From contig CAVXFQ010000003.1 in the NCBI GenBank assembly GCA_963761085.1, positions 111,026 to 175,025 on the forward strand: 64,000 nt of DNA, written 5' to 3'. The notes beneath the pieces are model-generated. The model did no database searches. It saw only the letters and a list, made by a program, of their open reading frames with translations, and was not told the DNA's origin. This DNA comes from an uncultured Actinomycetota bacterium. GTDB lineage: Bacteria > Actinomycetota > Actinomycetes > Propionibacteriales > Nocardioidaceae. The stretch's first letter is position 1. The number at the start of each line of letters is the position of its first letter. Below are positions 1 through 11,461 of this stretch, one piece after another. The translations under genes and the position numbers were made by a program.

Positions 1-128
1 GGCCGTGGCCGTCGTGTGGGACAAGGGGTGACGCGACTGCTTCCGGCACGCTACGCAGCGGCTCGCTCGAGCGGCGTCACCCCCGTCGGGTGATGGCGCC
101 TCTTGGGAGGCTCCCGCACACTGAAGGC

Positions 129-302
129 ATGGAGGTGTCGACGCGCCGGATCGGCGAAGCGGTGACCGATGGAACCGGCCTGCGGCCCGAAGAGCTCGCC
201 CTGGTGCTGGCCGGGGCCGTCGTCCTGACCGGCGTCGTGGTGGCACTCAAGGTGGTCGACCTCGTGAACCGGTACTGGACCCCGACCGGCGGTCGCCGCT
301 AG
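129..302 (+). CDS. small hypothetical membrane protein (57 aa)
   Basis: ATG at 129; one hydrophobic segment LALVLAGAVVLTGVVVAL; converges on nei. Confidence 0.55.
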   Translation: MEVSTRRIGEAVTDGTGLRPEELALVLAGAVVLTGVVVALKVVDLVNRYWTPTGGRR

Positions 303-1094
303 ACCTCCGCCTGGCAGCGCGGGCAGGCGAACGTCGTACGTTCCTGGCCGTCCGGGCCGAGCATCGACGCCACGATCCGGGTGCCGCAGCGGCGGCACGG
401 CTCGCCGGTGCGGTTGTAGACCCAGAACTGCCGCCCGCGGGCCAGGTCGCCGGTGGTCGACTGCTGGGCGCGGCGCCGGTTGAGGTCGAGCATCTGGTGG
501 GCGCGGAGCACCATCCGGCGCAGGTCGGGCACCCGGTCGACCGGGGTCTCGGGCGAGACGCCGGAGACGAAGCAGAGCTCGTTGGCATACATGTTGCCGA
601 CGCCCGCCAGACGGGTCTGGTCGAGCAGGGCCTCCTTGACCGGGCGGTCCGGCTGCTCGCGGAGGCGGCGGACGCGCCTCGTCGGGGTCCCAGTCGGGGC
701 CGAGGAGGTCGGGGCCGAGGTGGCCGACGACGTCGGGCTCACGGTCACGGGCGACGATCTCGACGATGCCGAGCGGGAAGCCGACCGCCACCGCCGTGTC
801 GGTGGTGAGCACGACGCGCGCGGTGTGGGCCGGCCGCGGCCAGCGCTGGCCGGGCCGGAGCACCCGCCAGCCGCCCTCCATCTTCAGGTGGGTGTGGAGG
901 GTGAAGGCACCCTGGTCGCCGTCGATGCGGGTGAGCAGGTGCTTGCCGCGGGAGACGGTCTCGGTGACGGTCGAGCCGGCGAGGTCCCAGGTCGCGAAGG
1001 CCGGCACCCGGAAGTCGGTGGCGATCAGCGTGTGGCCCGACAGCGCGCCGTCGAGGGCGCGCGCGGCCCGCCAGACGGTGTCGCCCTCAGGCAC
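299..1094 (-). CDS. nei: Fpg/Nei family DNA glycosylase (endonuclease VIII-like), frameshift near 670
   Basis: N-terminal MPEGD, RGKHLL, HLKMEG, H2TH motif LLDQTRLAGVGNMYANE and C-terminal zinc finger CRRCG...CPRCQ across two frames. Confidence 0.92.
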
Positions 1095-1100
1095 GCAGCC

Positions 1101-4100
1101 TCAGCCCCCGGGGAGTCGACACGAAGCCGGCCGCGTCGAGCGCCTCGCGCAGCGGGGTCGAACCGCCGCCGAGGATCTGCGTCGCCGTCGGCCTTCTCGA
1201 CCGTCAGCCGGCCGAGCGCGCCGCGCCGGCCGGCCTCCGACAGCGAGAGCGCGGCCGGGCCGAGCAGCGCGGCGTCGTCGGTCCAGGTGAGCAGGGTGCG
1301 GCCGCCGCGCTCGACGTAGAGGGTGAGCGCGCCGTCGACCAGGACCACGAGCGCGCCGGCCTTGCGGCCCGGGCGGTGGCCGCCGGAGGTCTCGCGCTCC
1401 GGCCAGGGCAGGGCCGCCACCGAACGGGTTGGCCGGGTCGGTGGCGGCGAGGGTGACCGCCTCGGGCTTGGCCCGACGCCCGGTCGGCCGCGAGGCTCGG
1501 CGAAGGTGCGCAGCCGGTCGATCGCGCCGGCGGTGCCGAACTGGGCGGCGCCGAGGCCCTCGACGAAGTAGCCGCGGCGGCAGCGGCCGGAGTCCTCGAA
1601 CGCCGACAGCACCTTGTAGACGGCGGCGAACCCGCCCAGGGTGCGCTCCGACATCACCGCGCCGCGGGTCACGACGCCGTGCCGCTCGAGCATCCGCTCG
1701 GCGGTCGCGTGCGCGCGCCGGGTGGGGTCGGTGTCGACCTCGGGAAGCAGCGCCCAGCGGCCGGTGACGTGGCCGGAGCCGGCCGGAGGCCGGCGCGGCA
1801 CGCACGGCCGGTCGGCTCGGCCGGGCGCGGGCGGCGTACGGCGGGTGCGGTGGGTGGCCGGACCCGGAGCCGGTGAGCGCGCGCAGCGGCGCCAGCGTGT
1901 CGTTGGTGACGCCGGCCGGCCCAGACCAGCTCCCAGAGCGCGTCGGCGAGCGCGCTGGTCGGTCGCCGCCGGTGGCGGCCTGGCCAGCTGGCGGAAGAAC
2001 CACGCCGCCGCCCGGCGCCAAGCGCGTCGAGCACCGCCTGGTGGAGCTCGCCGACGCTCGGTCGGGATCGCCGGCTCGGGCAGCGGCAGCGTCAGCGGTG
2101 CCTGGTCGCCGAGGTGGAGGGACACCCAGCCGTCGCTGCCGGGCAGCGTGCGCGTGGCCGACCCAGGTGACCTCGCCCGAGGCGGTCAGCTCGTCGAGCA
2201 GCGCCGGCTCGTAGTCGGGCGAGCGCGGGCGGGCAGGATCAGCGACTCCCAGGCCGAGGCGGGTGCGGCGTACCCGGCGAGCTGGTCGACGCACCTGGCA
2301 GCAGCCCGTCGACGCCGCGCGGGCGGCCGCGCGGCGGGCCGGTCGACGTGCTGCCAGGCCAGCAGGAAGCGGCCCATGCGCCGCCGGCTCGACCGGCTCG
2401 ACCTCCTGGCGCAGCCGGGCCAGCGAGCGGCGCCGGAGCAGCCGCAGCACCTCGGCGTCGCACCACTCGGCGCCGGAGCCGGACGGGCCGGAACTCGCCC
2501 TCGAGCACCCGCCCCTGCGCCCCGAGGCGCTGCAGGGTCTGGCGGGCGACCGCCGCGCCGAGGCCGAGCCGGGCCGACGACGTCGGCGACCGTGAACGGG
2601 CCGTGGGTGCGCGCGAAGCGACTCGACCAGGTCGGCGAGCGGGTCGTCGACGGGCTCGGTGAAGGCGTCGGGTACACCGGGCGGCACCGGCGTCCCGAGC
2701 CCGTCGCGCAGGCGGCCCGACGTCCTCGATCGGCGGCCCAGCGCTCCTCGCCGGCCATCCGGACCCGGACCGCGGCCGGCGGGCGTCGGCGAGCGCGCGA
2801 CAGCCAGTCGGCGACGTCGGCGCCGTCGACGCTGCGGGCGGCGACCTCGTCGCCGGTCAGCGGGCCGAGCCAGCGCAGCAGGTCGGCGACGCCCTCGGCG
2901 TCGCGGGCCCGTCGCTCGGGCTCGGTGCGCTGGAGCTGGGCCTCGATCTCGGCGAGCACCTCGGGGTCGAGCAGCTCGCGCAGCTCGGCGCGGCCGAGCA
3001 GCTCGGCCAGCAGGCCCTGGTCGAGCGCGAGGGCGGCTGCCCGGCGCTCGGCGATGGGGGAGTCGCCCTCGTAGACGAACTGGGCGACGTAGCCGAACAG
3101 CAGGCTGCGGGCGTAGGGCGACGGCTGGTGCGTGTCGACGTCGTGGATGCCGACCTCGCGCCGCTCGACCCTGCGCATCAGGCCGACCAGGGCGGGCAGG
3201 TCGTAGACGTCCTGCAGGCACTCGCGGACCGCCTCGAGCACGATCGGGAACGACGGGTACTTGCGGCGACCTCGAGCAGGGCGGCGCTGCGCTGCCGCTG
3301 CTGCCACAGGGGCGAGCGGCGTCCGGGGTCGCGGCGCGGCAGCAGCAGCGCCCGCGCCGCGCACTCGCGGAAGCGCGAGGCGAAGAGCGCGGAGCCGCCG
3401 ACCTCCTGGGTCACGAGGTCGTCGATCTCGTCGGGCTCGAAGGCGATCACCTCGCCGGTGGGCGGCTCGGCATCGGTGTCGGGGATGCGGATCACGATGC
3501 CGTCGTCGGACGCGATGGCCTGGCCGTCGACGCCGTAGCGCTCGCGGAGCCGCGCGTTGATCGCCAGCGCCCACGGGCGCGTGCACCGGCGTGCCGTACG
3601 GGGAGTGGACGACCAGCCGCCAGTCGCCGAGCTCGTCGCGGAACCTCTCGACCACGAGGGTGCGGTCGCTGGGCAGGACGCCGGTGGCCTCGACCTGCTC
3701 GTGGACGTAGCCGACGAGGTTGGCCGCGGCGCAGGCGTCGAGCCCGCGCTCCTCGGCGGCGGCGTCGCGGCGCGCTCGCGCGGCGACGACCCGAGCTCGC
3801 GGGTGAACGCGCCGATCGCCTCGCCGAGCTCGGCCGGCCGGCCGAGGGCGTCGCCCTTCCAGAACGGCAGCCGCCCGGGGATGCCGGGGGCGGGCGTGAC
3901 CAGCACCCGGTCGTGGGTGATGTCCTCGATGCGCCAGCTGGTCGCGCCGAGCGCGAAGACGTCGCCCACCCGCGACTCGTAGACCATCTCCTCGTCGAGC
4001 TCGCCGACCCGCCGGCCCCGGTCGGCAGCTCTCGCCGCCCGACGAGGAACACCCCGAACAGCCCGCGGTCGGGGATGGTGCCGCCGCTGGTGACGGCGAG

Positions 4101-5718
4101 CCGCTGGGCGCCCGGGCGGCCGGTGAGCTGCCCGGTGACGCGGTCCCAGACGATGCGCGGCCGCAGCTCGGCGAACTCGTCGCTCGGGTAGCGCCCGCTC
4201 AGCAGGTCGAGCGTCGCGTCGAAGGCGCCGGCGCGGCAGCTGGGTGTAGGACGCGGAGCGGCGGGCGAGGTCGAGCAGGTCGTCGACCGACCACGCCTCC
4301 ATCGCCACCATCGACACGATCTGCTGGGCGAGGACGTCGAGCGGGTTGGTCGGGATGCGCATCGACTCGATCAGGCCGGCGCGCATGCGCTCGACCGCGA
4401 CCGCCGTCTGGGCGAGGTCGCCGCGGTGCTTGGGGAAGAGCACGCCCCGGCTGACCTCGCCGACCTGGTGGCCCGCGCGGCCGACCCGCTGCAGCGCGCT
4501 GGCGACGCTGGGCGGCGACTCGATCTGGATCACGAGGTCGACCGCGCCCATGTCGATGCCGAGCTCGAGGCTGCTGGTGGCGACCACGCAGGGCAGCCGG
4601 CCCGCGCTTGAGGTCGTCCTCGATGAGGGCGCGCTGCTCCTTGGAGACCGAGCCGTGGTGGGCCTTGGCGATCACCGGCGCGGCGCCGTAGCGACGCGTC
4701 CCGACTGGGCCATCACCTGTGCCGGCGGCCCGGAGGGCGTGTCGTCGGTCGAGCCTGTCGAGACCACGCCGGCCCGCTCGGCGGCGATCTCGTTGAGCCG
4801 CGCGGTCAGCCGCTCGGCGAGCCGGCGGGAGTTGGCGAAGACGATGGTCGAGCGGTGCTGCTCGATCAGGTCGGCCACGTGGTTCTCCACGTGCGGCCAG
4901 ATCGAGGCGGCCGCGCGCGTTGCCCTCGTCGTCGTCCGCAGTCGTCGTACGGCGCCGGGGCGGTCATGTCCTCGACCGGGACGACGACCTTGAGGTCCCA
5001 CTGCTTGGCCGACGGCGGCGCCACGATCTCGACCGGCGTGGTGCCGCCGAGGAACCGCGCGACCTCCTCGAGCGGGCGCACGGTGGCCGACAGGCCGATG
5101 CGCTGGGCGGGCTGGGCGAGCAGGGCGTCGAGCCGCTCGAGGCTGAGCCCGAGGTGGGCGCCGCGCTTGGTGCCGGCGACGGCGTGGACCTCGTCGACGA
5201 TCACGGTCTCGACGTGGCGCAGGCTCTCGCGGGCCTGGCTGGTGAGCATCAGGAACAGCGACTCGGGGGTGGTGATCAGGATGTCGGGCGGGGTGCGGGC
5301 GAGGGTACGGCGCTCGGCCGCCGGGGTGTCGCCGGAACGGATGCCGACCGTGAGCGTCGGGCAGCGCGCACGCCGAGCCGCTCGCCGGTCTGGCGGATGC
5401 CGATCAGCGGGGACCTCGGAGGTTGCGCTCGACGTCGACGGCCAGCGCCTTGAGCGGCGAGATGTAGAGCACGCGGGTGCCCGCGACTTCTCCGGTCGAG
5501 CGTCTCGGACCCGTTCGGTCAGCAGCCGGTCGATCGCCCACAGGAACGCCGACAGCGTCTTGCCCGAGCCGGTCGGGGCGACCACGAGCGCGTGCCGGCC
5601 CTGGGCGATCGCCTCCCACGCCCCGGCCTGGGCAGGGGTCGGCTCGGCGAACGCCGCCTCGAACCAGGTCGCGGGTCGGCGCGCTGAACCGCTCGAGGGC
5701 GGAGGGCGCGTCCGACAT
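1101..5718 (-). CDS. lhr: Lhr ATP-dependent DEAD/DEAH helicase (long form), multiple frameshifts
   Basis: APTGSGKT, TTPESL, DEVH, GLSAT, AHHGS, TSSLELGID, QRVGRAGH, ELDEEMVYESRVG and RRGYFVEGLGAAQF; lhr-nei linkage is typical of actinobacteria. Confidence 0.92.
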
Positions 5719-5725
5719 GTCGTCC

Positions 5726-5747
5726 ATCCTTGCTCAGACCACCGACA
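5726..5747 (-). promoter_or_regulatory. near-consensus PafBC (RecA-NDp) promoter of lhr
   Basis: minus strand TGTCGG-N10-AAGGAT (one mismatch to TGTCGG-N10-TA-N3-T), 7 nt before ATG at 5718. Confidence 0.6.
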
Positions 5748-5797
5748 CCCGCATGACCCGAGGCGGGGGCGCCGCACGCGCTCCCTATCCTGGCGTG

Positions 5798-7934
5798 GTG
5801 TTCGCAGCTCTCGGCCGGCTCGTGACCCGGCATCCCTGGTACGTCGTCATGGGGTGGGTCGTGGTGGGCGTCCTGATCGTCCTCACCGCACCCAAGCTCA
5901 GCGCTACCAGCGACCAGTCGCAGTTCCTCCCCGGCTCCTACGAGTCGATCCGGGCGGCGAACCTGCAGACGAAGGCGTTCCCGCAGCAGTCGAACGTCGG
6001 TGCCCTGGTCGTCTTCGACCGTGCCGACGGCCAGCCGCTCAGTGCCGCGGACTCGGCGCAGGTGCAGAAGATCGTCGACCGGCTGCAACCGGAGCTCGAC
6101 CCGGTCTTCGCGGGGATCGCGGCCCAGCCCCCGTCGCAGAACAAGCTGGTCGCAGCTCGCCGTCGTCGGCATCGCCCGCGACAAGAACCCCTACGACCCC
6201 GACGCCCTCGACGCCGCCAAGGGGCTGCGCACCGACGTGCACGCCCTGGTCGACGGCACCGACCTCCGGGTCGGCGTCACCGGCGCCGCGGCGCAGGCCC
6301 TGGACTCGCAGGACGCGTCGGCCAAGGCCGAGGCGATCGTCGGCATCGCCACGTTCGTGCTGATCCTGGTCCTGATGGGGCTGATCTTCCGGAGCGTGAT
6401 CCTCGCGGTCCTGCCGCTGCTGACGATCGGCCTGGTCTCCCAGGTGGCGATCGGGCTGATCGGCGCGGCCAACAAGCTCTTCGACCTCAAGACCGACAGC
6501 TCGATCCAGGTGATCCTGATCGTGGTGCTGTTCGGCATCGGCACCGACTACATCCTGTTCTTCCTGTTCCGCTACCGCGAACGGCTGCGGGCCGGCGAGG
6601 ACCACCGCTCGGCCGTGGCCCAGGCGGTCTCCCGTGCCGGCGAGGCGATCATCTCCGCGGGCGGCGCGGTGATCGTCTCGTTCATGGCGCTGGTGCTCAG
6701 CTCGCTGGGCCTCTTCAAGTCCATCGGTCCGGCCCTGGCGATCGCGGTCGGCGTGACCGTGGTCGCCGCGCTGACCCTGGTGCCGGCGGTGGTCCGGCTG
6801 ATCGGCAACCGGGTGATCTTCTGGCCGTCGAAGTCGTGGAAGAAGGAGCCCAGGTCCGCCAGGTTCACCGCGATCGGCAACTCGCTGGGTCGTCACCCCG
6901 GTCGCTACGCCCTCGCCTCCGGCGGCGCGCTCGCGGTCCTGGCCGTCTTCGCGTTCGGCTTCAACCCCAGCTTCGACCTCGGCAACTCCGGCTCGCCCAA
7001 GACCGTCGAGTCGGCGGTGGCGCTGAGGACGCTCGAGAAGGGCTTCCCGCCCGGCACGACCGACCCGACGGTCGTGCTCCTGCACTCCACCGACGGCAAG
7101 CCGCTCGACCAGGCCGCGCTCACGTCGTACGGCGAGGCGCTGGGGCAGGCAGACGGCGTCAGCAACGTCGGGCAGCCGCAGCTGAGCACCGACCAGCAGA
7201 CCGCGTCGTTCAGCGTCTACCTCGACAGCGACCCCACCTCCGACGCCGCCCTGGCCGCGATCAAGGGCCCGGTCCGCGAGGCGGCCCACTCCCACGCACC
7301 ACCGGGCACCGAGGCTCTCGTCGGCGGCACGACGTCGGTGTTCGCCGACTTCCAGAAGGCGATGACGCGCGACTACTCCATCGTCTTCCCGGTCGCCGCG
7401 CTGCTGATCTTCGTGATCCTGGCGCTGCTGCTGCGCAGCCTGGTCGCGCCGTGGTACCTGATGGCCTCGGTCGTCCTCGGCTTCGGCGCCACGCTCGGCG
7501 CTGCCGTGCTGGTCTTCCAAGGACTGCTGGATCGCAACGGCCTGATCTTCCTGCTGCCGATCTACATCTACCTGTTCGTGGTCGCCCTCGGCACCGACTA
7601 CAACATCCTGATGATCGCGCGCCTCCGCGAGGAGGCTCGGGCGGGCCACGACCCCCACGGCGCCGCAGCCGAGGCGGTCAAGCACGCCGGCCCGACCGTG
7701 GCTGCGGCCGGGCTGATCCTGTCCGGCACCTTCGCCTCGTTGATGCTGGCCGGTGACTCGCTGCTCACCTCGATGGGCTTCTCGATCTCGTTCGGCATCT
7801 TCGTGGCGGCGTTCGTGATGGCGATGTTCTTCACGCCGTCGTTGACCGCGCTGATCGGTCACGCGGCCTGGTGGCCCGGCCACGGGGACGAGCAGGTCGA
7901 GCCCGAGCCGGAGCCCGAGACGGCGTCGGCGTAG
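5798..7934 (+). CDS. MMPL family (RND) transporter, frameshift near 6150
   Basis: two GTDY transmembrane motifs (GIGTDYILF, ALGTDYNIL); TATCCT -10 lies 6 nt before GTG. Confidence 0.88.
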
Positions 7935-7982
7935 CCCTGGGTTGTCGGGGCCTTCCACAGATCGCCGGCGAGGTCTCGACGG

Positions 7983-8023
7983 TGTCGGCGGCCCGCCGTA
8001 TGATCGAACACATGTTCGATCAT
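7983..8023 (+). promoter_or_regulatory. PafBC promoter motif overlapping a LexA (SOS) box
   Basis: TGTCGG(7983)-N10-TA-tga-T(8004); TCGAAC-acat-GTTCGA at 8004-8019 inside the inverted repeat atgatcgaac-acat-gttcgatcat. Confidence 0.85.
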
Positions 8024-9328
8024 CTCGGGACTCGCGGATCGGTGCTCACCCCTGAGCTGGTGCGCTCCTGGGCGGCGGAGCTGGCTCAGAGCCCAAGTGC
8101 GGCTGACGCAGCGGCGTGCCTCGACCTGATCTCCGCGCTGGAGGAGCTGAAGGGCGCGGCAGAGGGGCTCCAGGGCGACCTCGCTGTCGACGTCGATGCG
8201 TCACGGCGCCGGCAGGAGGCGGAGCGTGGCGTCGCCGAGGCGCGTCGTGGCCGGGGCGTGGCGGCCGAGGTCGCGCTCGCGCGCCGGGTGTCTCCCCACC
8301 GCGGGCAGCAGCTGCTGGGCCTCGGCAAGGTGCTGCGTGCCGAGATGCCCCACACCCGAGCCGCGTTCCGAGCGGGACACCTCAGCGAGTGGCGGGCGAC
8401 CATCCTGGTCCGCGAGACCGCCTGCCTTTCGCGGGAGCACCGCGGGCTGGTCGACCTGCGGCTCGCAGGCGACGCAGGTCGCCTCGAGCAGCTGGGCGAT
8501 CGCGAGCTGGGCAACGCGGTGCGCCGGATGACCTACCAGCTCGATGCCGAAGCCTGGGTGACGCGGCGCCGGATCGCCGAGTCCGAGCGTCGGGGTACGC
8601 TGCGACCCGCGCCCGACGTGATGTCGCGGTTGTCGGCCGAGCTGCCCGTCGCTCAAGGAGTGGCCGTGATCCGCACGCTGGGCGACCACGCCGACTCCCT
8701 TCGCGCCGCCGGCGACCCACGCACGAGGAGCCAGCTGATGGCCGACACGTTGGTCAGCCGGCTGCTCGGCGTCGAGCAGCCCGCCGCGCTGCCGGTCACC
8801 TTCCACGTGGTCGTCGCCGACGACGTCCTGTTCGGCCACGAGGAGGATGCCGCCCACCTCGAAGGCTTCGGTCCCGTGCCGGCCGAGCTGGCGCGAGAGC
8901 TGGCCACGACCGCGGCCGCCGAGGGCCTCGCCGAGCTCCGACGCCTCCACGTCCCGCCCGAGACCGGCGACCTGGTCGCTGCCGACTCGGCGTCGAGGTT
9001 CTTCACCGCCGCGCTGGCGTTGCTGATCGACCTGCGTGACCAGTCCTGCCGTACGCCGTGGTGCGACGCCCCGATCCGCCACCGCGACCACGTCGTCGGC
9101 GTGGTCGACCACGGTGCCACCAGCCTGGTCAACGGCCAGGGGCTCTGCGAGTCGTGCAACTACGCGAAGGAGTCGCCCGGGTGGCGGGTCAGACCCTCGC
9201 CGGGCGACCGGCACACCGTGGAGATCACCACCCCGAGCGGAGGCACCTACCGATCAGGCGCCCCTCCCGCACTGGGAAGGTCAGGGTCGCGGATCGTCGT
9301 CCGCTACCCGGTCGAGCTGGTCGCCTGA
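8012..9328 (+). CDS. DUF222 / HNH endonuclease (13E12-like)
   Basis: RDQSCRTPWCDAPIRHRDH...NGQGLCESCN HNH motif after a DUF222-like helical region; start MFD lies within the SOS box. Confidence 0.88.
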   Translation: MFDHLGTRGSVLTPELVRSWAAELAQSPSAADAAACLDLISALEELKGAAEGLQGDLAVDVDASRRRQEAERGVAEARRGRGVAAEVALARRVSPHRGQQLLGLGKVLRAEMPHTRAAFRAGHLSEWRATILVRETACLSREHRGLVDLRLAGDAGRLEQLGDRELGNAVRRMTYQLDAEAWVTRRRIAESERRGTLRPAPDVMSRLSAELPVAQGVAVIRTLGDHADSLRAAGDPRTRSQLMADTLVSRLLGVEQPAALPVTFHVVVADDVLFGHEEDAAHLEGFGPVPAELARELATTAAAEGLAELRRLHVPPETGDLVAADSASRFFTAALALLIDLRDQSCRTPWCDAPIRHRDHVVGVVDHGATSLVNGQGLCESCNYAKESPGWRVRPSPGDRHTVEITTPSGGTYRSGAPPALGRSGSRIVVRYPVELVA

Positions 9329-9363
9329 ACACATTCCACCGCCCAACGTCACGGCAGTCGTGC

Positions 9364-9754
9364 TCACCGACCGTCGCTGACCACCGCGTCCAGCTCGACC
9401 TCGACCACCCACCGGGGGTCGAGCAGGCCGGCGACGACGACCATGGTGCTGGCCGGCCTCACCGACCCGAACACCTCGCCGTGGACGGCGCCGACGGCGT
9501 CCGCGACGTCGGGCCGTACGACGTACTGCCGGGTGCGGTGGACGTCGCTCGACGCGGCCGCCCAGCTCGGTGAGTGCCGCGAGCGCGATCTCCCAGCACC
9601 GGCGCGCCTGCACGGCCGGGTCGGGGTCGACGTGGCCGTCGGGCCAGACCGGCGCCGTGCCGCTGACCGCGATCGTCGAGCCGACCCGCACCGCGCGGCT
9701 GAACCCGATCGACTCCTCGAAGGGCGAGCCCGAGCGCGCGTGTCGTCGTTCCAC
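9364..9754 (-). CDS. RidA/YjgF family protein, frameshifted
   Basis: SGSPFEESIGFSRAVRVG...VSGTAP and RPASTMVVVAGLLDPRWVVEVE. Confidence 0.85.
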
Positions 9755-9774
9755 GAGGCCACGGTAGCGACGGT

Positions 9775-10890
9775 TCAGGTGACCGGCGTCCAGTGCGCGC
9801 CGTCGGTGCTGGTGAGCACGCGACCGCCCAGGGTCAGCAGCCAGTAGGTCCCGTCGTCGGACCTGGACAGTGCCACGATCCCGGCCCCGGGGTGCAGGTC
9901 GGTCGGCTGGATGCCGTGATCGGTGAAGACCGCCGCGCGCTGCCGGTGCAGGAGCACCCGCTGCCCGTCGAGCGGCACCAGCTCCGCGCGTCGACGCGGC
10001 CCAGGTCCTGCCAGGAGCCGTCGGAGAGCCGCGAGAGCCGCAGCCCTTGCGGCTCCGGGTTGCTCGCCCAGACCGTCGTGCCATCGGTACGCACGTGCAC
10101 CTCCGTCCCGAACGGGATCGCGACCTCTCGCCACGACCCAGGACGCCCGACGACGAGAGCGTTGCCCGAGCCGCCCTCACCGGAGACCTGGAAGGCGACC
10201 TGGTCGCCGGAGACCAAAGGGGAGAGGGAGACGATGTCGCGCAGGCGGGGGGCGTCCACGACGCGCTGCCAGGTGTCCGACCCGAGCGCGCTGCGCCACG
10301 ATGAGCTGGTGCCCTGGCTTCGCCGCAGCGCCCACACGTCGTGATCCCCCACCGCGATGCCGCGCCCGAAGACCGTCCGTCTTCCGGGTCCGGCGGTCAC
10401 GAGGGTCCACGTGCTGCCGCCGTCGTGGGTGGCCCACAGGGCCAGACCCCAGGCGAAGCCGTCGCGGCCGTCGGCCGACATCGCCAGTGAGTCCAAGCGA
10501 CACCTCGAAGTCGTGGAGGTGCTCCCAGCCGGAGTCGGTACGACGCCAGACCGAGCTGCAGGCCGAGCAGGCCCCGCCGGAGGTCAGCCGATACACCGAG
10601 GCGCCGGCGGCGACCAGGTCGGTGGCCCGGCCGGAGCTCGCGGCGTCCGTGGTCGCGGTCGAGGTCACGCTGGGGCTGTGGGCAGGCTGCGGCGGCTGTG
10701 CGGAGCGGCCGTGCTGGAGTCTGATCGAGCCCGCGACGATCGCAGCGGTGACGAGCACGACCGCCCCCGTCGCACGTCGTGCCCGCCGCCGGGCGAGCCC
10801 GCGCCGTACGTCGCGCAGCAGGGCGTCCGCGGAGACCGGCGCCGCCTCGGCGCCGAGCCCGTCGCGCAGTCGTGTCTCGAGGTCCGTCAT
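9775..10890 (-). CDS. membrane-anchored putative anti-sigma factor with extracellular BNR/propeller-like repeats, frameshifted
   Basis: MTDLETRLRDGL...RRRARR then a TM segment; ATHDGGSTW and STDGAHW repeats; ATGA overlap with the ECF sigma gene. Confidence 0.6.
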
Positions 10891-11384
10891 GACCCGACCC
10901 CCTCCGATCCGTCGAGCAGGATGCACAGCGTCGCCATCGCGCTGCTGGCCTGGCGCTTGACCGTGCCGACCGAGCAGCCCATCAGCTCGGCGGTCTGAGC
11001 CTCGGTGCGGTCGGCGAGGTAGCGCAGCGCGATCACCGTGCGCTGCCGGGGCGGCAGCCGGCGCAGGGCGGCGAACAGCGCCGCATCCGGCAGATGATCC
11101 TCCGAGCCGTGGCCGGGGGTGTCCGGCACCAGCCGCTCGCGTCGCAGCGAGCGCCAGACCGAGATGTTGCGGTTGACCATGATCCGGCGTACGTGGCCCT
11201 CGGGATCGGCGGCGCGGATGCGGTCCCACTTCGGCAGCGCCCGCTCCAGGGCGTCCTGCACGAGGTCGGCCGCGCGGTGCTCGTCGCCAGTCAGCGCTCG
11301 GCCGAGCTGGAGCAGAGCAGGCAGCCGGGCGCGGACGAAGTCGTCGAACGTCACCGTCCCGCGCTCGGTCGACGTCACGTTCAC
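10887..11384 (-). CDS. SigE-family ECF RNA polymerase sigma-70 factor
   Basis: AADLVQDAL region 2; LPPRQRTVIALRY...GCSVGTVKRQ region 4. Confidence 0.9.
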   Translation of the reverse strand: MNVTSTERGTVTFDDFVRARLPALLQLGRALTGDEHRAADLVQDALERALPKWDRIRAADPEGHVRRIMVNRNISVWRSLRRERLVPDTPGHGSEDHLPDAALFAALRRLPPRQRTVIALRYLADRTEAQTAELMGCSVGTVKRQASSAMATLCILLDGSEGVGS

Positions 11385-11432
11385 ACTCCAGGGACGCCCC
11401 GGCTCCGGGAAAGGTTGATCGGGATGCGGGCC

Positions 11433-11454
11433 TGTCGGCGCTTCTTTGTAGGGT
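11433..11454 (+). promoter_or_regulatory. PafBC (RecA-NDp) promoter motif upstream of ABC exporter
   Basis: exact TGTCGG-cgcttctttg-TA-ggg-T, 7 nt before in-frame GTG at 11462. Confidence 0.7.
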
Positions 11455-11461
11455 CGGTCGA

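Noticed and set aside
6039-7958. Long antisense ORFs (also 31610-33796, 45357-46895 and others)
   Set aside because: Shadow ORFs of high-GC coding strands with no recognisable motifs.
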